Below are positions 41,101 through 57,300 of a DNA stretch of 64,000 nucleotides, in pieces (position 1 is the stretch's first letter; every line of letters starts with the position of its first letter). Both the position numbers and the translations under genes were made by a program. The stretch lies in assembly GCA_964057225.1 (NCBI GenBank), contig OZ059900.1:2790001-2854000 (forward strand), written 5' to 3'. This stretch comes from Auanema rhodensis (taxonomy: Eukaryota; Animalia; Nematoda). The notes under the pieces are model-generated. The model had not been told where the DNA came from. It searched no databases and worked only from the letters and a program-made list of their open reading frames with translations.

Positions 41101-44100
41101 CGAAAATAGAAAGAATTTTTGAAATTTCCGAGTTTTGAGTCTAATTTGGCTAAATCGCTCATATATATGATCAAAAGCATAGTTTTACTGTCTATGATAA
41201 CAAAAGTCTTCAAATATACACTAATAATAATTAAATCACTGAATTTCAGTCAAATAGCATTACTACACTAAGTATGGTCGTTTTTATGCCTTTAACACCA
41301 TATACTCACCGATTTTTGGTACAAAATCTGTAATACTTGTAAATTTTGATCATATTTGTTAAGATTCGAGAATCAAACACTTAATACACGAAATAAGTCT
41401 AGTTGTATGAGTTTGCACTGATATTTATTCATTTTGATCAAAAAAGGTCGAAAATAGAAAGAATTTTTGAAATTTCCGAGTTTTGAGTCCAATTTGGCTA
41501 AATCGCTCATATATAAGATCAAAAGCATAGTTTTATTGTCTATAACAACAAAAGTCATCAATTAAACGCTAGTGATGTTTAAATACTGAATTTCGCTCAA
41601 ATAGCATTACTACACTAAGTATGGTCGTTTTTATGCCTTTAACACCATATACTCACCGATTTTTGGTACAAAATCTGTAATACTCGTAAATTTTGATCAT
41701 ATTCGTTAAGATTTGAGAATCAAACATACAATACACAAAATCAGTCTATTTTTATGAGCTTGCACTGATATATATTCATTTTGATCAAAAAAGGTCGAAA
41801 ATAGAAAGAATTTTTGAAATTTCCGAGTTTTGAGTCTAATTTGGCTAAATCGCTCATATATATGATCAGAAGCATAGTTTTATTGTCTATGACAACAAAA
41901 GTCATCAATTAAACGCTAGTGATGTTTAAATACTGATTTTCGCTCAAATAGCATTACTACACTAAGTATGGTCGTTTTTATGCCTTTAACACCATATACT
42001 CACCGATTTTTGGTACAAAATCTGTAATACTTGTAAATTTTGATCATATTCGTTAAGATTCGAGAATCAAACACATAATACACGAAATAAGTCTAGTTTT
42101 ATGAGTTTGCACTGATATTTATTCATTTTGATCAAAAAAGGTCGAAAGTAGAAAGAATTTTTGAAATTTCCGAGTTTTGAGTCCAATTTGGCTAAATCGC
42201 TCATATATATGATCAAAACCATTGTTTTACTGTCTATGATAACAAAAGTCTTCAAATATACACTAGTAATGATTAAATCACTGAATTTCACTCAAATAGC
42301 ATTACTACACTAAGTATGGTCGTTTTTATGCCTTTAACACCATATACTCACCGATTTTTGGTACAAAATCTGTAATACTTGTAAATTTCGATCATATTCG
42401 TTAAGATTTGAAAATCAAACACATAATACACGAAATAAGTCTATTTTTACAAGTTTGCACTGATATTTATTCATTTTGATCAAAAAAGGTCGAAAATAGA
42501 AAGAATTTTTGAAATTTCCGAGTTTTGAGTCCAATTTGGCTAAATCGCTCATTTATATGATCAAAAGCATAATTTTATTGTCTATGACAACAAAAGTCAT
42601 CAATTAAACGCTAGTGATGTTTAAATACTGAATTTCGCTCAAATAGCATTACTACACTAAGTATGGTCGTTTTTATGCCTTTAACACCATATACTCACCG
42701 ATTTTTGGTACAAAATCTGTAATACTCGTAAATTTTGATCATATTCGTTCAGATTTGAGAATCAAACATACAATACACAAAATGAGTCTATTTTTATGAG
42801 CTTGCACTGATATATATTCATTTTGATCAAAAAAGGTCGAAAATAGAAAGAATTTTTGAAATTTCCGAGTTTTGAGTCTAATTTGGCTAAATCGCTCATT
42901 TATATGATCAGAAGCATAGTTTTATTGTCTATGACAACAAAAGTCATCAATTAAACGCTAGTGATGTTTAAATACTGATTTTCGCTCAAATAGCATTACT
43001 ACACTAAGTATGGTCGTTTTTATGCCTTTAACACCATATACTCACCGATTTTTGGTACAAAATCTGTAATACTTGTAAATTTTGATCATATTCGTTAAGA
43101 TTCGAGAATCAAACACATAATACACGAAATAAGTCTAGTTGTATGAGTTTGCACTGATATTTATTCATTTTGATCAAAAAAGGTCGAAAATAGAAAGAAT
43201 TTTTGAATTTTCCGAGTTTTGAGTCCAATTGGGCTAAATCGCTCATATATATGATCAAAACCATTGTTTTACTGTCTATGATAACAAAAGTCTTCAAATA
43301 TACACTAATAATGTGTAAATCACTGAATTTCACTCAAATAGCATTACTACACTAAGTATGGTCGTTTTTATGCCTTTAACACCATATACTCACCGATTTT
43401 TGGTACAAAATCTGTAATACTTGTAAATTTTGATCATATTCGTTAAGATTCGAGAATCAAACACATAATACACGAAATAAGTCTATTTTTATGAGTTTGC
43501 ACTGATATTTATTCATTTTGATCAAAAAAGGTCGAAAATAGAAAGAATTTTTGAAATTTCCGAGTTTTGAGTCTAATTTGGCTAAATCGCTCATATATAT
43601 GATCAGAAGCATAGTTTTATTGTCTATGACAACAAAAATCATCAATTAAACGCTAGTGATGTTTAAATACTGATTTTCGCTCAAATAGCATTACTACACT
43701 AAGTATGGTCGTTTTTATGCCTTTAACACCATATACTCACCGATTTTTGGTACAAAATCTGTAATACTCGTAAATTTTGATCATATTCGTTAAGATTTGA
43801 GAATCAAACATACAATACACAAAATGAGTCTATTTTTATGAGCTTGCACTGATATATATTCATTTTGATCAAAAAAGGTCGAAAATAGAAAGAATTTTTG
43901 AAATTTCCGAGTTTTGAGTCCAATTGGGCTAAATCGCTCATATATATGATCAAAACCATTGTTTTACTGTCTATGATAACAAAAGTCTTCAAATATACAC
44001 TAATAATGTGTAAATCACTGAATTTCACTCAAATAGCATTACTACACTAAGTATGGTCGTTTTTATGCCTTTAACACCATATACTCACCGATTTTTGGTA

Positions 44101-47100
44101 CAAAATCTGTAATACTTGTAAATTTTGATCATATTCGTTAAGATTCGAGAATCAAACACATAATACACGAAATAAGTCTATTTTTATGAGTTTGCACTGA
44201 TATTTATTCATTTTGATCAAAAAAGGTCGAAAATAGAAAGAATTTTTGAAATTTCCGAGTTTTGAGTCTAATTTGGCTAAATCGCTCATATATATGATCA
44301 GAAGCATAGTTTTATTGTCTATGACAACAAAAATCATCAATTAAACGCTAGTGATGTTTAAATACTGATTTTCGCTCAAATAGCATTACTACACTAAGTA
44401 TGGTCGTTTTTATGCCTTTAACACCATATACTCACCGATTTTTGGTACAAAATCTGTAATACTCGTAAATTTTGATCATATTCGTTAAGATTTGAGAATC
44501 AAACATACAATACACAAAATCAGTCTATTTTTATGAGCTTGCACTGATATATATTCATTTTGATCAAAAAAGTTCGAAAATAGAAAGAATTTTTGAAATT
44601 TCCGAGTTTTGAGTCTAATTTGGCTAAATCGCTCATATATATGATCAAAAGCATAGTTTTACTGTCTATGATAACAAAAGTCTTCAAATATACACTAATA
44701 ATAATTAAATCACTGAATTTCAGTCAAATAGCATTACTACACTAAGTATGGTCGTTTTTATGCCTTTAACACCATATACTCACCGATTTTTGGTACAAAA
44801 TCTGTAATACTTGTAAATTTTGATCATATTCGTTAAGATTCGAGAATCAAACACATAATACACGAAATAAGTCTATTTTTATGAGTTTGCACTGATATTT
44901 ATTCATTTTGATCAAAAAAGGTCGAAAATAGAAAGAATTTTTGAAATTTCCGAGTTTTGAGTCCAATTTGGCTAAATCGCTCATATATAAGATCAAAAGC
45001 ATAGTTTTATTGTCTATAACAACAAAAGTCATCAATTAAACGCTAGTGATGTTTAAATACTGAATTTCGCTCAAATAGCATTACTACACTAAGTATGGTC
45101 GTTTTTATGCCTTTAACACCATATACTCACCGATTTTTGGTACAAAATCTGTAATACTCGTAAATTTTGATCATATTCGTTAAGATTTGAGAATCAAACA
45201 TACAATACACAAAATCAGTCTATTTTTATGAGCTTGCACTGATATATATTCATTTTGATCAAAAAAGGTCGAAAATAGAAAGAATTTTTGAAATTTCCGA
45301 GTTTTGAGTCTAATTTGGCTAAATCGCTCATATACATGATCAGAAGCATAGTTTTATTGTCTATGACAACAAAAGTCATCAATTAAACGCTAGTGATGTT
45401 TAAATACTGATTTTCGCTCAAATAGCATTACTACACTAAGTATGGTCGTTTTTATGCCTTTAACACCATATACTCACCGATTTTTGGTACAAAATCTGTA
45501 ATACTTGTAAATTTTGATCATATTCGTTAAGATTCGAGAATCAAACACATAATACACGAAATAAGTCTAGTTTTATGAGTTTGCACTGATATTTATTCAT
45601 TTTGATCAAAAAAGGTCGAAAATAGAAAGAATTTTTGAATTTTCCGAGTTTTGAGTCCAATTGGGCTAAATCGCTCATATATATGATCAAAAGCATAGTT
45701 TTACTGTCTATGATAACAAAAGTCTTCAAATATACACTAATAATGTGTAAATCACTGAATTTCACTCAAATAGCATTACTACACTAAGTATGGTCGTTTT
45801 TATGCCTTTAACACCATATACTCACCGATTTTTGGTACAAAATCTGTAATACTTGTAAATTTTGATCATATTCGTTAAGATTCGAGAATCAAACACATAA
45901 TACACGAAATAAGTCTATTTTTATGAGTTTGCACTGATATTTATTCATTTTGATCAAAAAAGGTCGAAAATAGAAAGAATTTTTGAAATTTCCGAGTTTT
46001 GAGTCTAATTTGGCTAAATCGCTCATATATATGAACAGAAGCATAGTTTTATTGTCTATGACAACAAAAATCATCAATTAAACGCTAGTGATGTTTAAAT
46101 ACTGATTTTCGCTCAAATAGGATTACTACACTAAGTATGGTCGTTTTTATGCCTTTAACACCATATACTCACCGATTTTTGGTACAAAATCTGTAATACT
46201 CGTAAATTTTGATCATATTCGTTAAGATTTGAGAATCAAACATACAATACACAAAATCAGTCTATTTTTATGAGCTTGCACTGATATATATTCATTTTGA
46301 TCAAAAAAGGTCGAAAATAGAAAGAATTTTTGAAATTTCCGAGTTTTGAGTCTAATTTGGCTAAATCGCTCATATATATGATCAAAAGCATAGTTTTACT
46401 GTCTATGATAACAAAAGTCTTCAAATATACACTAATAATGATTAAATCACTGAATTTCACTCAAATAGCATTACTACACTAAGTATGGTCGTTTTTATGC
46501 CTTTAACACCATATACTCACCGATTTTTGGTACAAAATCTGTAATACTTGTAAATTTTGATCATATTTGTTAAGATTCGAGAATCAAACACATAATACAC
46601 GAAATATGTCTATTTTTACAAGTTTGCACTGATATTTATTCATTTTGATCAAAAAAGGTCGAAAATAGAAAGAATTTTTGAAATTTCCGAGTTTTGAGTC
46701 CAATTTGGCTAAATCGCTCATATATAAGATCAAAAGCATAGTTTTATTGTCTATAACAACAAAAGTCATCAATTAAACGCTAGTGATGTTTAAATACTGA
46801 ATTTCGCTCAAATAGCATTACTACACTAAGTATGGTCGTTTTTATGCCTTTAACACCATATACTCACCGATTTTTGGTACAAAATCTGTAATACTCGTAA
46901 ATTTTGATCATATTCGTTAAGATTTGAGAATCAAACATACAATACACAAAATCAGTCTATTTTTATGAGCTTGCACTGATATATATTCATTTTGATCAAA
47001 AAAGGTCGAAAATAGAAAGAATTTTTGAAATTTCCGAGTTTTGAGTCTAATTTGGCTAAATCGCTCATATATATGATCAGAAGCATAGTTTTATTGTCTA

Positions 47101-48935
47101 TGACAACAAAAGTCATCAATTAAACGCTAGTGATGTTTAAATACTGATTTTCGCTCAAATAGCATTACTACACTAAGTATGGTCGTTTTTATGCCTTTAA
47201 CACCATATACTCACCGATTTTTGGTACAAAATCTGTAATACTCGTAAATTTTGATCATATTCGTTAAGATTTGAAAATCAAACACACAATAAACAAAATC
47301 AGTCTATTTTTATGAGTTTGCACTGATATATATTCATTTTGATCAAAAAAGGTCGAAAATAGAAAGAATTTTTGAATTTTCCGAGTTTTGAGTCCAATTG
47401 GGCTAAATCGCTCATATATATGATCAAAAGCATAGTTTTACTGTCTATGATAACAAAAGTCTTCAAATATACACTAATAATGATTTAATCACTGAATTTC
47501 ACTCAAATAGCATTACTACACTAAGTATGGTCGTTTTTATGCCTTTAACACCATATACTCACCGATTTTTGGTACAAAATCTGTAATACTTGTAAATTTT
47601 GATCATATTCGTTAAGATTCGAGAATCAAACACATAATACACGAAATAAGTCTATTTTTATGAGTTTGCACTGATATTTATTCATTTTCATCAAAAAAGG
47701 TCGAAAATAGAAAGAATTTTTGAAATTTCCGAGTTTTGAGTCCAATTTGGCTAAATCGCTCATATATAAGATCAAAAGCATAGTTTTATTGTCTATAACA
47801 ACAAAAGTCATCAATTAAACGCTAGTGATGTTTAAATACTGAATTTCGCTCAAATAGCATTACTACACTAAGTATGGTCGTTTTTATGCCTTTAACACCA
47901 TATACTCACCGATTTTTGGTACAAAATCTGTAATACTCGTAAATTTTGATCATATTCGTTAAGATTTGAGAATCAAACATACAATACACAAAATCAGTCT
48001 ATTTTTATGAGCTTGCACTGATATATATTCATTTTGATCAAAAAAGGTCGAAAATAGAAAGAATTTTTGAAATTTCCGAGTTTTGAGTCTAATTTGGCTA
48101 AATCGCTCATATACATGATCAGAAGCATAGTTTTATTGTCTATGACAACAAAAGTCATCAATTAAACGCTAGTGATGTTTAAATACTGATTTTCGCTCAA
48201 ATAGCATTACTACACTAAGTATGGTCGTTTTTATGCCTTTAACACCATATACTCACCGATTTTTGGTACAAAATCTGTAATACTTGTAAATTTTGATCAT
48301 ATTCGTTAAGATTCGAGAATCAAACACATAATACACGAAATAAGTCTAGTTTTATGAGTTTGCACTGATATTTATTCATTTTGATCAAAAAAGGTCGAAA
48401 ATAGAAAGAATTTTTGAATTTTCCGAGTTTTGAGTCCAATTGGGCTAAATCGCTCATATATATGAACAGAAGCATAGTTTTATTGTCTATGACAACAAAA
48501 ATCATCAATTAAACGCTAGTGATGTTTAAATACTGATTTTCGCTCAAATAGGATTACTACACTAAGTATGGTCGTTTTTATGCCTTTAACACCATATACT
48601 CACCGATTTTTGGTACAAAATCTGTAATACTCGTAAATTTTGATCATATTCGTTAAGATTTGAGAATCAAACATACAATACACAAAATCAGTCTATTTTT
48701 ATGAGCTTGCACTGATATATATTCATTTTGATCAAAAAAGGTCGAAAATAGAAAGAATTTTTGAAATTTCCGAGTTTTGAGTCTAATTTGGCTAAATCGC
48801 TCATATATATGATCAAAAGCATAGTTTTACTGTCTATGATAACAAAAGTCTTCAAATATACACTAATAATGATTAAATCACTGAATTTCACTCAAATAGC
48901 ATTACTACACTAAGTATGGTCGTTTTTATGCCTTT

Positions 48936-51017
48936 AACACCATATACTCACCGATTTTTGGTACAAAATCTGTAATACTTGTAAATTTTGATCATATTTG
49001 TTAAGATTCGAGAATCAAACACATAATACACGAAATAAGTCTATTTTTACAAGTTTGCACTGATATTTATTCATTTTGATCAAAAAAGGTCGAAAATAGA
49101 AAGAATTTTTGAAATTTCCGAGTTTTGAGTCCAATTTGGCTAAATCGCTCATATATAAGATCAAAAGCATAGTTTTATTGTCTATAACAACAAAAGTCAT
49201 CAATTAAACGCTAGTGATGTTTAAATACTGAATTTCGCTCAAATAGCATTACTACACTAAGTATGGTCGTTTTTATGCCTTTAACACCATATACTCACCG
49301 ATTTTTGGTACAAAATCTGTAATACTCGTAAATTTTGATCATATTCGTTAAGATTTGAGAATCAAACATACAATACACAAAATCAGTCTATTTTTATGAG
49401 CTTGCACTGATATATATTCATTTTGATCAAAAAAGGTCGAAAATAGAAAGAATTTTTGAAATTTCCGAGTTTTGAGTCTAATTTGGCTAAATCGCTCATA
49501 TATATGATCAGAAGCATAGTTTTATTGTCTATGAAACAAAAGTCATCAATTAAACGCTAGTGATTTTTAAATACTGATTTTCGCTCAAATAGCATTACTA
49601 CACTAAGTATGGTCGTTTTTATGCCTTTAACACCATATACTCACCGATTATTGGTACAAAATCTGTAATACTCGTAAATTTTGATCATATTCGTTAAGAT
49701 TTGAAAATCAAACACACAATGAACAAAATCAGTCTATTTTTATGAGTTTGCACTGATATATATTCATTTTGATCAAAAAAGGTCGAAAATAGAAAGAATT
49801 TTTGAATTTTCCGAGTTTTGAGTCCAATTAGGCTAAATCGCTCATATATATGATCAAAAGCATAGTTTTACTGTCTATGATAACAAAAGTCTTCAAATAT
49901 ACACTAATAATGATTTAATCACTGAATTTCACTCAAATAGCATTACTACACTAAGTATGGTCGTTTTTATGCCTTTAACACCATATACTCACCGATTTTT
50001 GGTACAAAATCTGTAATACTTGTAAATTTTGATCATATTTGTTAAGATTCGAGAATCAAACACATAATACACGAAATAAGTCTATTTTTACAAGTTTGCA
50101 CTGATATTTATTCATTTTGATCAAAAAAGGTCGAAAATAGAAAGAATTTTTGAAATTTCCGAGTTTTGAGTCCAATTTGGCTAAATCGCTCATATATAAG
50201 ATCAAAAGCATAGTTTTATTGTCTATAACAACAAAAGTCATCAATTAAACGCTAGTGATGTTTAAATACTGAATTTCGCTCAAATAGCATTACTACACTA
50301 AGTATGGTCGTTTTTATGCCTTTAACACCATATACTCACCGATTTTTGGTACAAAATCTGTAATACTCGTAAATTTTGATCATATTCGTTAAGATTTGAG
50401 AATCAAACATACAATACACAAAATCAGTCTATTTTTATGAGCTTGCACTGATATATATTCATTTTGATCAAAAAAGGTCGAAAATAGAAAGAATTTTTGA
50501 AATTTCCGAGTTTTGAGTCTAATTTGGCTAAATCGCTCATATATATGATCAGAAGCATAGTTTTATTGTCTATGAAACAAAAGTCATCAATTAAACGCTA
50601 GTGATTTTTAAATACTGATTTTCGCTCAAATAGCATTACTACACTAAGTATGGTCGTTTTTATGCCTTTAACACCATATACTCACCGATTATTGGTACAA
50701 AATCTGTAATACTCGTAAATTTTGATCATATTCGTTAAGATTTGAAAATCAAACACACAATAAACAAAATCAGTCTATTTTTATGAGTTTGCACTGATAT
50801 ATATTCATTTTGATCAAAAAAGGTCGAAAATAGAAAGAATTTTTGAATTTTCCGAGTTTTGAGTCCAATTAGGCTAAATCGCTCATATATATGATCAAAA
50901 GCATAGTTTTACTGTCTATGATAACAAAAGTCTTCAAATATACACTAATAATGATTTAATCACTGAATTTCACTCAAATAGCATTACTACACTAAGTATG
51001 GTCGTTTTTATGCCTTT
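48936..51017 (+). repeat. Trimer duplication (1041 bp) containing a 346-bp monomer with a 1-bp deletion
   Basis: ctatgaaacaaaag (c deleted) near 49530 and 50571. ccgattAttgg near 49644/50685 and ccaattAgg near 49824/50865. ORFs at 49015/50056. Confidence 0.88.
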
Positions 51018-51365
51018 AACACCATATACTCACCGATTTTTGGTACAAAATCTGTGATACTCGTAAATTTTGATCATATTCGGTGAGATTCGAGGATCGA
51101 ACACACAATACACGAAATAAGTTTATTTTTACGAGTTTGCACTGATATTTATTCATTTTTATCAAAAAAGGTCGAAAATAGAAAGAATTTTTGAAATTTC
51201 CGAGTTTTGAGTCTAATTTGGCTAAATCGCTCATATATATGATCAAAAGCATAGTTTTACTGTCTATGATAACAAAAGTCTTCAAATATACACTAATAAT
51301 GTGTAAATCACTGAATTTCACTCAAATAGCTTTACTACACTGAGTATGGTCGTTTTTATGCCTTT

Positions 51366-54300
51366 AACACCATATACTCACCGATTTTTGGTACAAAATC
51401 TGTGATACTCGTAAATTTTGATCATGTTCGGTGAGATTCGAGAATCAAACACACAATACACGAAATAAGTTTATTTTTACGAGTTTGCACTGATATTTAT
51501 TCATTTTTATCAAAAAAGGTCGAAAATAGAAAGAATTTTTGAAATTTCCGAGTTTTGAGTCCAATTTGGCTAAATCGCTCATATATATGATCAAAAGCAT
51601 AGTTTTACTGTCTATGATAACAAAAGTCTTCAAATATACACTAATAATGATTAAATCACTGAATTTCACTCAAATAGCATTACTACACTAAGTATGGTCG
51701 TTTTTATGCCTTTAACACCATATACTCACCGATTTTTGGTACAAAATCTGTAATACTTGTAAATTTTGATCATATTTGTTAAGATTCGAGAATCAAACAC
51801 ATAATACACGAAATAAGTCTATTTTTACAAGTTTGCACTGATATTTATTCATTTTGATCAAAAAAGGTCGAAAATAGAAAGAATTTTTGAAATTTCCGAG
51901 TTTTGAGTCCAATTTGGCTAAATCGCTCATATATAAGATCAAAAGCATAGTTTTATTGTCTATAACAACAAAAGTCATCAATTAAACGCTAGTGATGTTT
52001 AAATACTGAATTTCGCTCAAATAGCATTACTACACTAAGTATGGTCGTTTTTATGCCTTTAACACCATATACTCACCGATTTTTGGTACAAAATCTGTAA
52101 TACTCGTAAATTTTGATCATATTCGTTAAGATTTGAGAATCAAACATACAATACACAAAATCAGTCTATTTTTATGAGCTTGCACTGATATATATTCATT
52201 TTGATCAAAAAAGGTCGAAAATAGAAAGAATTTTTGAAATTTCCGAGTTTTGAGTCTAATTTGGCTAAATCGCTCATATATATGATCAGAAGCATAGTTT
52301 TATTGTCTATGACAACAAAAGTCATCAATTAAACGCTAGTGATGTTTAAATACTGATTTTCGCTCAAATAGCATTACTACACTAAGTATGGTCGTTTTTA
52401 TGCCTTTAACACCATATACTCACCGATTTTTGGTACAAAATCTGTAATACTCGTAAATTTTGATCATATTCGTTAAGATTTGAAAATCAAACACATAATA
52501 AACAAAATCAGTCTATTTTTATGAGTTTGCACTGATATATATTCATTTTGATCAAAAAAGGTCGAAAATAGAAAGAATTTTTGAAATTTCCGAGTTTTGA
52601 GTCTAATTTGGCTAAATCGCTCATATATATGAACAGAAGCATAGTTTTATTGTCTATGACAACAAAAATCATCAATTAAACGCTAGTGATGTTTAAATAC
52701 TGATTTTCGCTCAAATAGGATTACTACACTAAGTATGGTCGTTTTTATGCCTTTAACACCATATACTCACCGATTTTTGGTACAAAATCTGTAATACTCG
52801 TAAATTTTGATCATATTCGTTAAGATTTGAGAATCAAACATACAATACACAAAATCAGTCTATTTTTATGAGCTTGCACTGATATATATTCATTTTGATC
52901 AAAAAAGGTCGAAAATAGAAAGAATTTTTGAAATTTCCGAGTTTTGAGTCTAATTTGGCTAAATCGCTCATATATATGATCAAAAGCATAGTTTTACTGT
53001 CTATGATAACAAAAGTCTTCAAATATACACTAATAATGATTAAATCACTGAATTTCACTCAAATAGCATTACTACACTAAGTATGGTCGTTTTTATGCCT
53101 TTAACACCATATACTCACCGATTTTTGGTACAAAATCTGTAATACTTGTAAATTTTGATCATATTTGTTAAGATTCGAGAATCAAACACATAATACACGA
53201 AATAAGTCTATTTTTACAAGTTTGCACTGATATTTATTCATTTTGATCAAAAAAGGTCGAAAATAGAAAGAATTTTTGAAATTTCCGAGTTTTGAGTCCA
53301 ATTTGGCTAAATCGCTCATATATAAGATCAAAAGCATAGTTTTATTGTCTATAACAACAAAAGTCATCAATTAAACGCTAGTGATGTTTAAATACTGAAT
53401 TTCGCTCAAATAGCATTACTACACTAAGTATGGTCGTTTTTATGCCTTTAACACCATATACTCACCGATTTTTGGTACAAAATCTGTAATACTCGTAAAT
53501 TTTGATCATATTCGTTAAGATTTGAGAATCAAACATACAATACACAAAATCAGTCTATTTTTATGAGCTTGCACTGATATATATTCATTTTGATCAAAAA
53601 AGGTCGAAAATAGAAAGAATTTTTGAAATTTCCGAGTTTTGAGTCTAATTTGGCTAAATCGCTCATATATATGATCAGAAGCATAGTTTTATTGTCTATG
53701 AAACAAAAGTCATCAATTAAACGCTAGTGATTTTTAAATACTGATTTTCGCTCAAATAGCATTACTACACTAAGTATGGTCGTTTTTATGCCTTTAACAC
53801 CATATACTCACCGATTTTTGGTACAAAATCTGTAATACTCGTAAATTTTGATCATATTCGTTAAGATTTGAAAATCAAACACACAATAAACAAAATCAGT
53901 CTATTTTTATGAGTTTGCACTGATATATATTCATTTTGATCAAAAAAGGTCGAAAATAGAAAGAATTTTTGAATTTTCCGAGTTTTGAGTCCAATTGGGC
54001 TAAATCGCTCATATATATGATCAAAAGCATAGTTTTACTGTCTATGATAACAAAAGTCTTCAAATATACACTAATAATGATTTAATCACTGAATTTCACT
54101 CAAATAGCATTACTACACTAAGTATGGTCGTTTTTATGCCTTTAACACCATATACTCACCGATTTTTGGTACAAAATCTGTGATACTCGTAAATTTTGAT
54201 CATATTCGGTGAGATTCGAGGATCGAACACACAATACACGAAATGAGTTTATTTTTACGAGTTTGCACTGATATTTATTCATTTTTATCAAAAAAGGTCG

Positions 54301-57300
54301 AAAATAGAAAGAATTTTTGAAATTTCCGAGTTTTGAGTCTAATTTGGCTAAATCGCTCATATATATGATCAAAAGCATAGTTTTACTGTCTATGATAACA
54401 AAAGTCTTCAAATATACACTAATAATGTGTAAATCACTGAATTTCACTCAAATAGCTTTACTACACTAAGTATGGTCGTTTTTATGCCTTTAACACCATA
54501 TACTCACCGATTTTTGGTACAAAATCTGTAATACTTGTAAATTTTGATCATATTCGTTAAGATTCGAGAATCAAACACATAATACACGAAATAAGTCTAT
54601 TTTTATGAGTTTGCACTGATATTTATTCTTTTTGATCAAAAAAGGTCGAAAATAGAAAGAATTTTTGAATTTTCCGAGTTTTGAGTCCAATTGGGCTAAA
54701 TCGCTCATATATATGATCAAAAGCATAGTTTTACTGTCTATGATAACAAAAGTCTTCAAATATACACTAATAATGATTTAATCACTGAATTTCACTCAAA
54801 TAGCATTACTACACTAAGTATGGTCGTTTTTATGCCTTTAACACCATATACTCACCGATTTTTGGTACAAAATCTGTGATACTCGTAAATTTTGATCATG
54901 TTCGGTGAGATTCGAGAATCAAACACACAATACACGAAATAAGTTTATTTTTACGAGTTTGCACTGATATTTATTCATTTTTATCAAAAAAGGTCGAAAA
55001 TAGAAAGAATTTTTGAAATTTCCGAGTTTTGAGTCTAATTTGGCTAAATCGCTCATATATATGATCAAAAGCATAGTTTCACTGTCTATGATAACAAAAG
55101 TCTTCAAATATACACTAATAATGTGTAAATCACTGAATTTCACTCAAATAGCATTACTACACTAAGTATGGTCGTTTTTATGCCTTTAACACCATATACT
55201 CACCGATTTTTGGTACAAAATCTGTGATACTCGTAAATTTTGATCATATTCGGTGAGATTCGAGGATCGAACACACAATACACGAAATAAGTTTATTTTT
55301 ACGAGTTTGCACTGATATTTATTCATTTTTATCAAAAAAGGTCGAAAATAGAAAGAATTTTTGAAATTTCCGAGTTTTGAGTCTAATTTGGCTAAATCGC
55401 TCATATATATGATCAAAAGCATAGTTTTACTGTCTATGATAACAAAAGTCTTCAAATATACACTAATAATGTGTAAATCACTGAATTTCACTCAAATAGC
55501 TTTACTACACTGAGTATGGTCGTTTTTATGCCTTTAACACCATATACTCACCGATTTTTGGTACAAAATCTGTAATACTTGTAAATTTTGATCATATTCG
55601 TTAAGATTCGAGAATCAAACACATAATACACGAAATAAGTCTATTTTTATGAGTTTGCACTGATATTTATTCTTTTTGATCAAAAAAGGTCGAAAATAGA
55701 AAGAATTTTTGAATTTTCCGAGTTTTGAGTCCAATTGGGCTAAATCGCTCATATATATGATCAAAAGCATAGTTTTACTGTCTATGATAACAAAAGTCTT
55801 CAAATATACACTAATAATGATTTAATCACTGAATTTCACTCAAATAGCATTACTACACTAAGTATGGTCGTTTTTATGCCTTTAACACCATATACTCACC
55901 GATTTTTGGTACAAAATCTGTGATACTCGTAAATTTTGATCATGTTCGGTGAGATTCGAGAATCAAACACACAATACACGAAATAAGTTTATTTTTACGA
56001 GTTTGCACTGATATTTATTCATTTTTATCAAAAAAGGTCGAAAATAGAAAGAATTTTTGAAATTTCCGAGTTTTGAGTCCAATTTGGCTAAATCGCTCAT
56101 ATATATGATCAAAAGCATAGTTTTACTGTCTATGATAACAAAAGTCTTCAAATATACACTAATAATGATTAAATCACTGAATTTCACTCAAATAGCATTA
56201 CTACACTAAGTATGGTCGTTTTTATGCCTTTAACACCATATACTCACCGATTTTTGGTACAAAATCTGTAATACTTGTAAATTTTGATCATATTTGTTAA
56301 GATTCGAGAATCAAACACATAATACACGAAATAAGTCTATTTTTACAAGTTTGCACTGATATTTATTCATTTTGATCAAAAAAGGTCGAAAATAGAAAGA
56401 ATTTTTGAAATTTCCGAGTTTTGAGTCCAATTTGGCTAAATCGCTCATATATAAGATCAAAAGCATAGTTTTATTGTCTATAACAACAAAAGTCATCAAT
56501 TAAACGCTAGTGATGTTTAAATACTGAATTTTGCTCAAATAGCATTACTACACTAAGTATGGTCGTTTTTATGCCTTTAACACCATATACTCACCGATTT
56601 TTGGTACAAAATCTGTAATACTCGTAAATTTTGATCATATTCGTTAAGATTTGAGAATCAAACATACAATACACAAAATCAGTCTATTTTTATGAGCTTG
56701 CACTGATATATATTCATTTTGATCAAAAAAGGTCGAAAATAGAAAGAATTTTTGAAATTTCCGAGTTTTGAGTCTAATTTGGCTAAATCGCTCATATATA
56801 TGATCAGAAGCATAGTTTTATTGTCTATGACAACAAAAGTCATCAATTAAACGCTAGTGATGTTTAAATACTGATTTTCGCTCAAATAGCATTACTACAC
56901 TAAGTATGGTCGTTTTTATGCCTTTAACACCATATACTCACCGATTTTTGGTACAAAATCTGTAATACTCGTAAATTTTGATCATATTCGTTAAGATTTG
57001 AAAATCAAACACATAATAAACAAAATCAGTCTATTTTTATGAGTTTGCACTGATATATATTCATTTTGATCAAAAAAGGTCGAAAATAGAAAGAATTTTT
57101 GAAATTTCCGAGTTTTGAGTCTAATTTGGCTAAATCGCTCATATATATGAACAGAAGCATAGTTTTATTGTCTATGACAACAAAAATCATCAATTAAACG
57201 CTAGTGATGTTTAAATACTGATTTTCGCTCAAATAGGATTACTACACTAAGTATGGTCGTTTTTATGCCTTTAACACCATATACTCACCGATTTTTGGTA

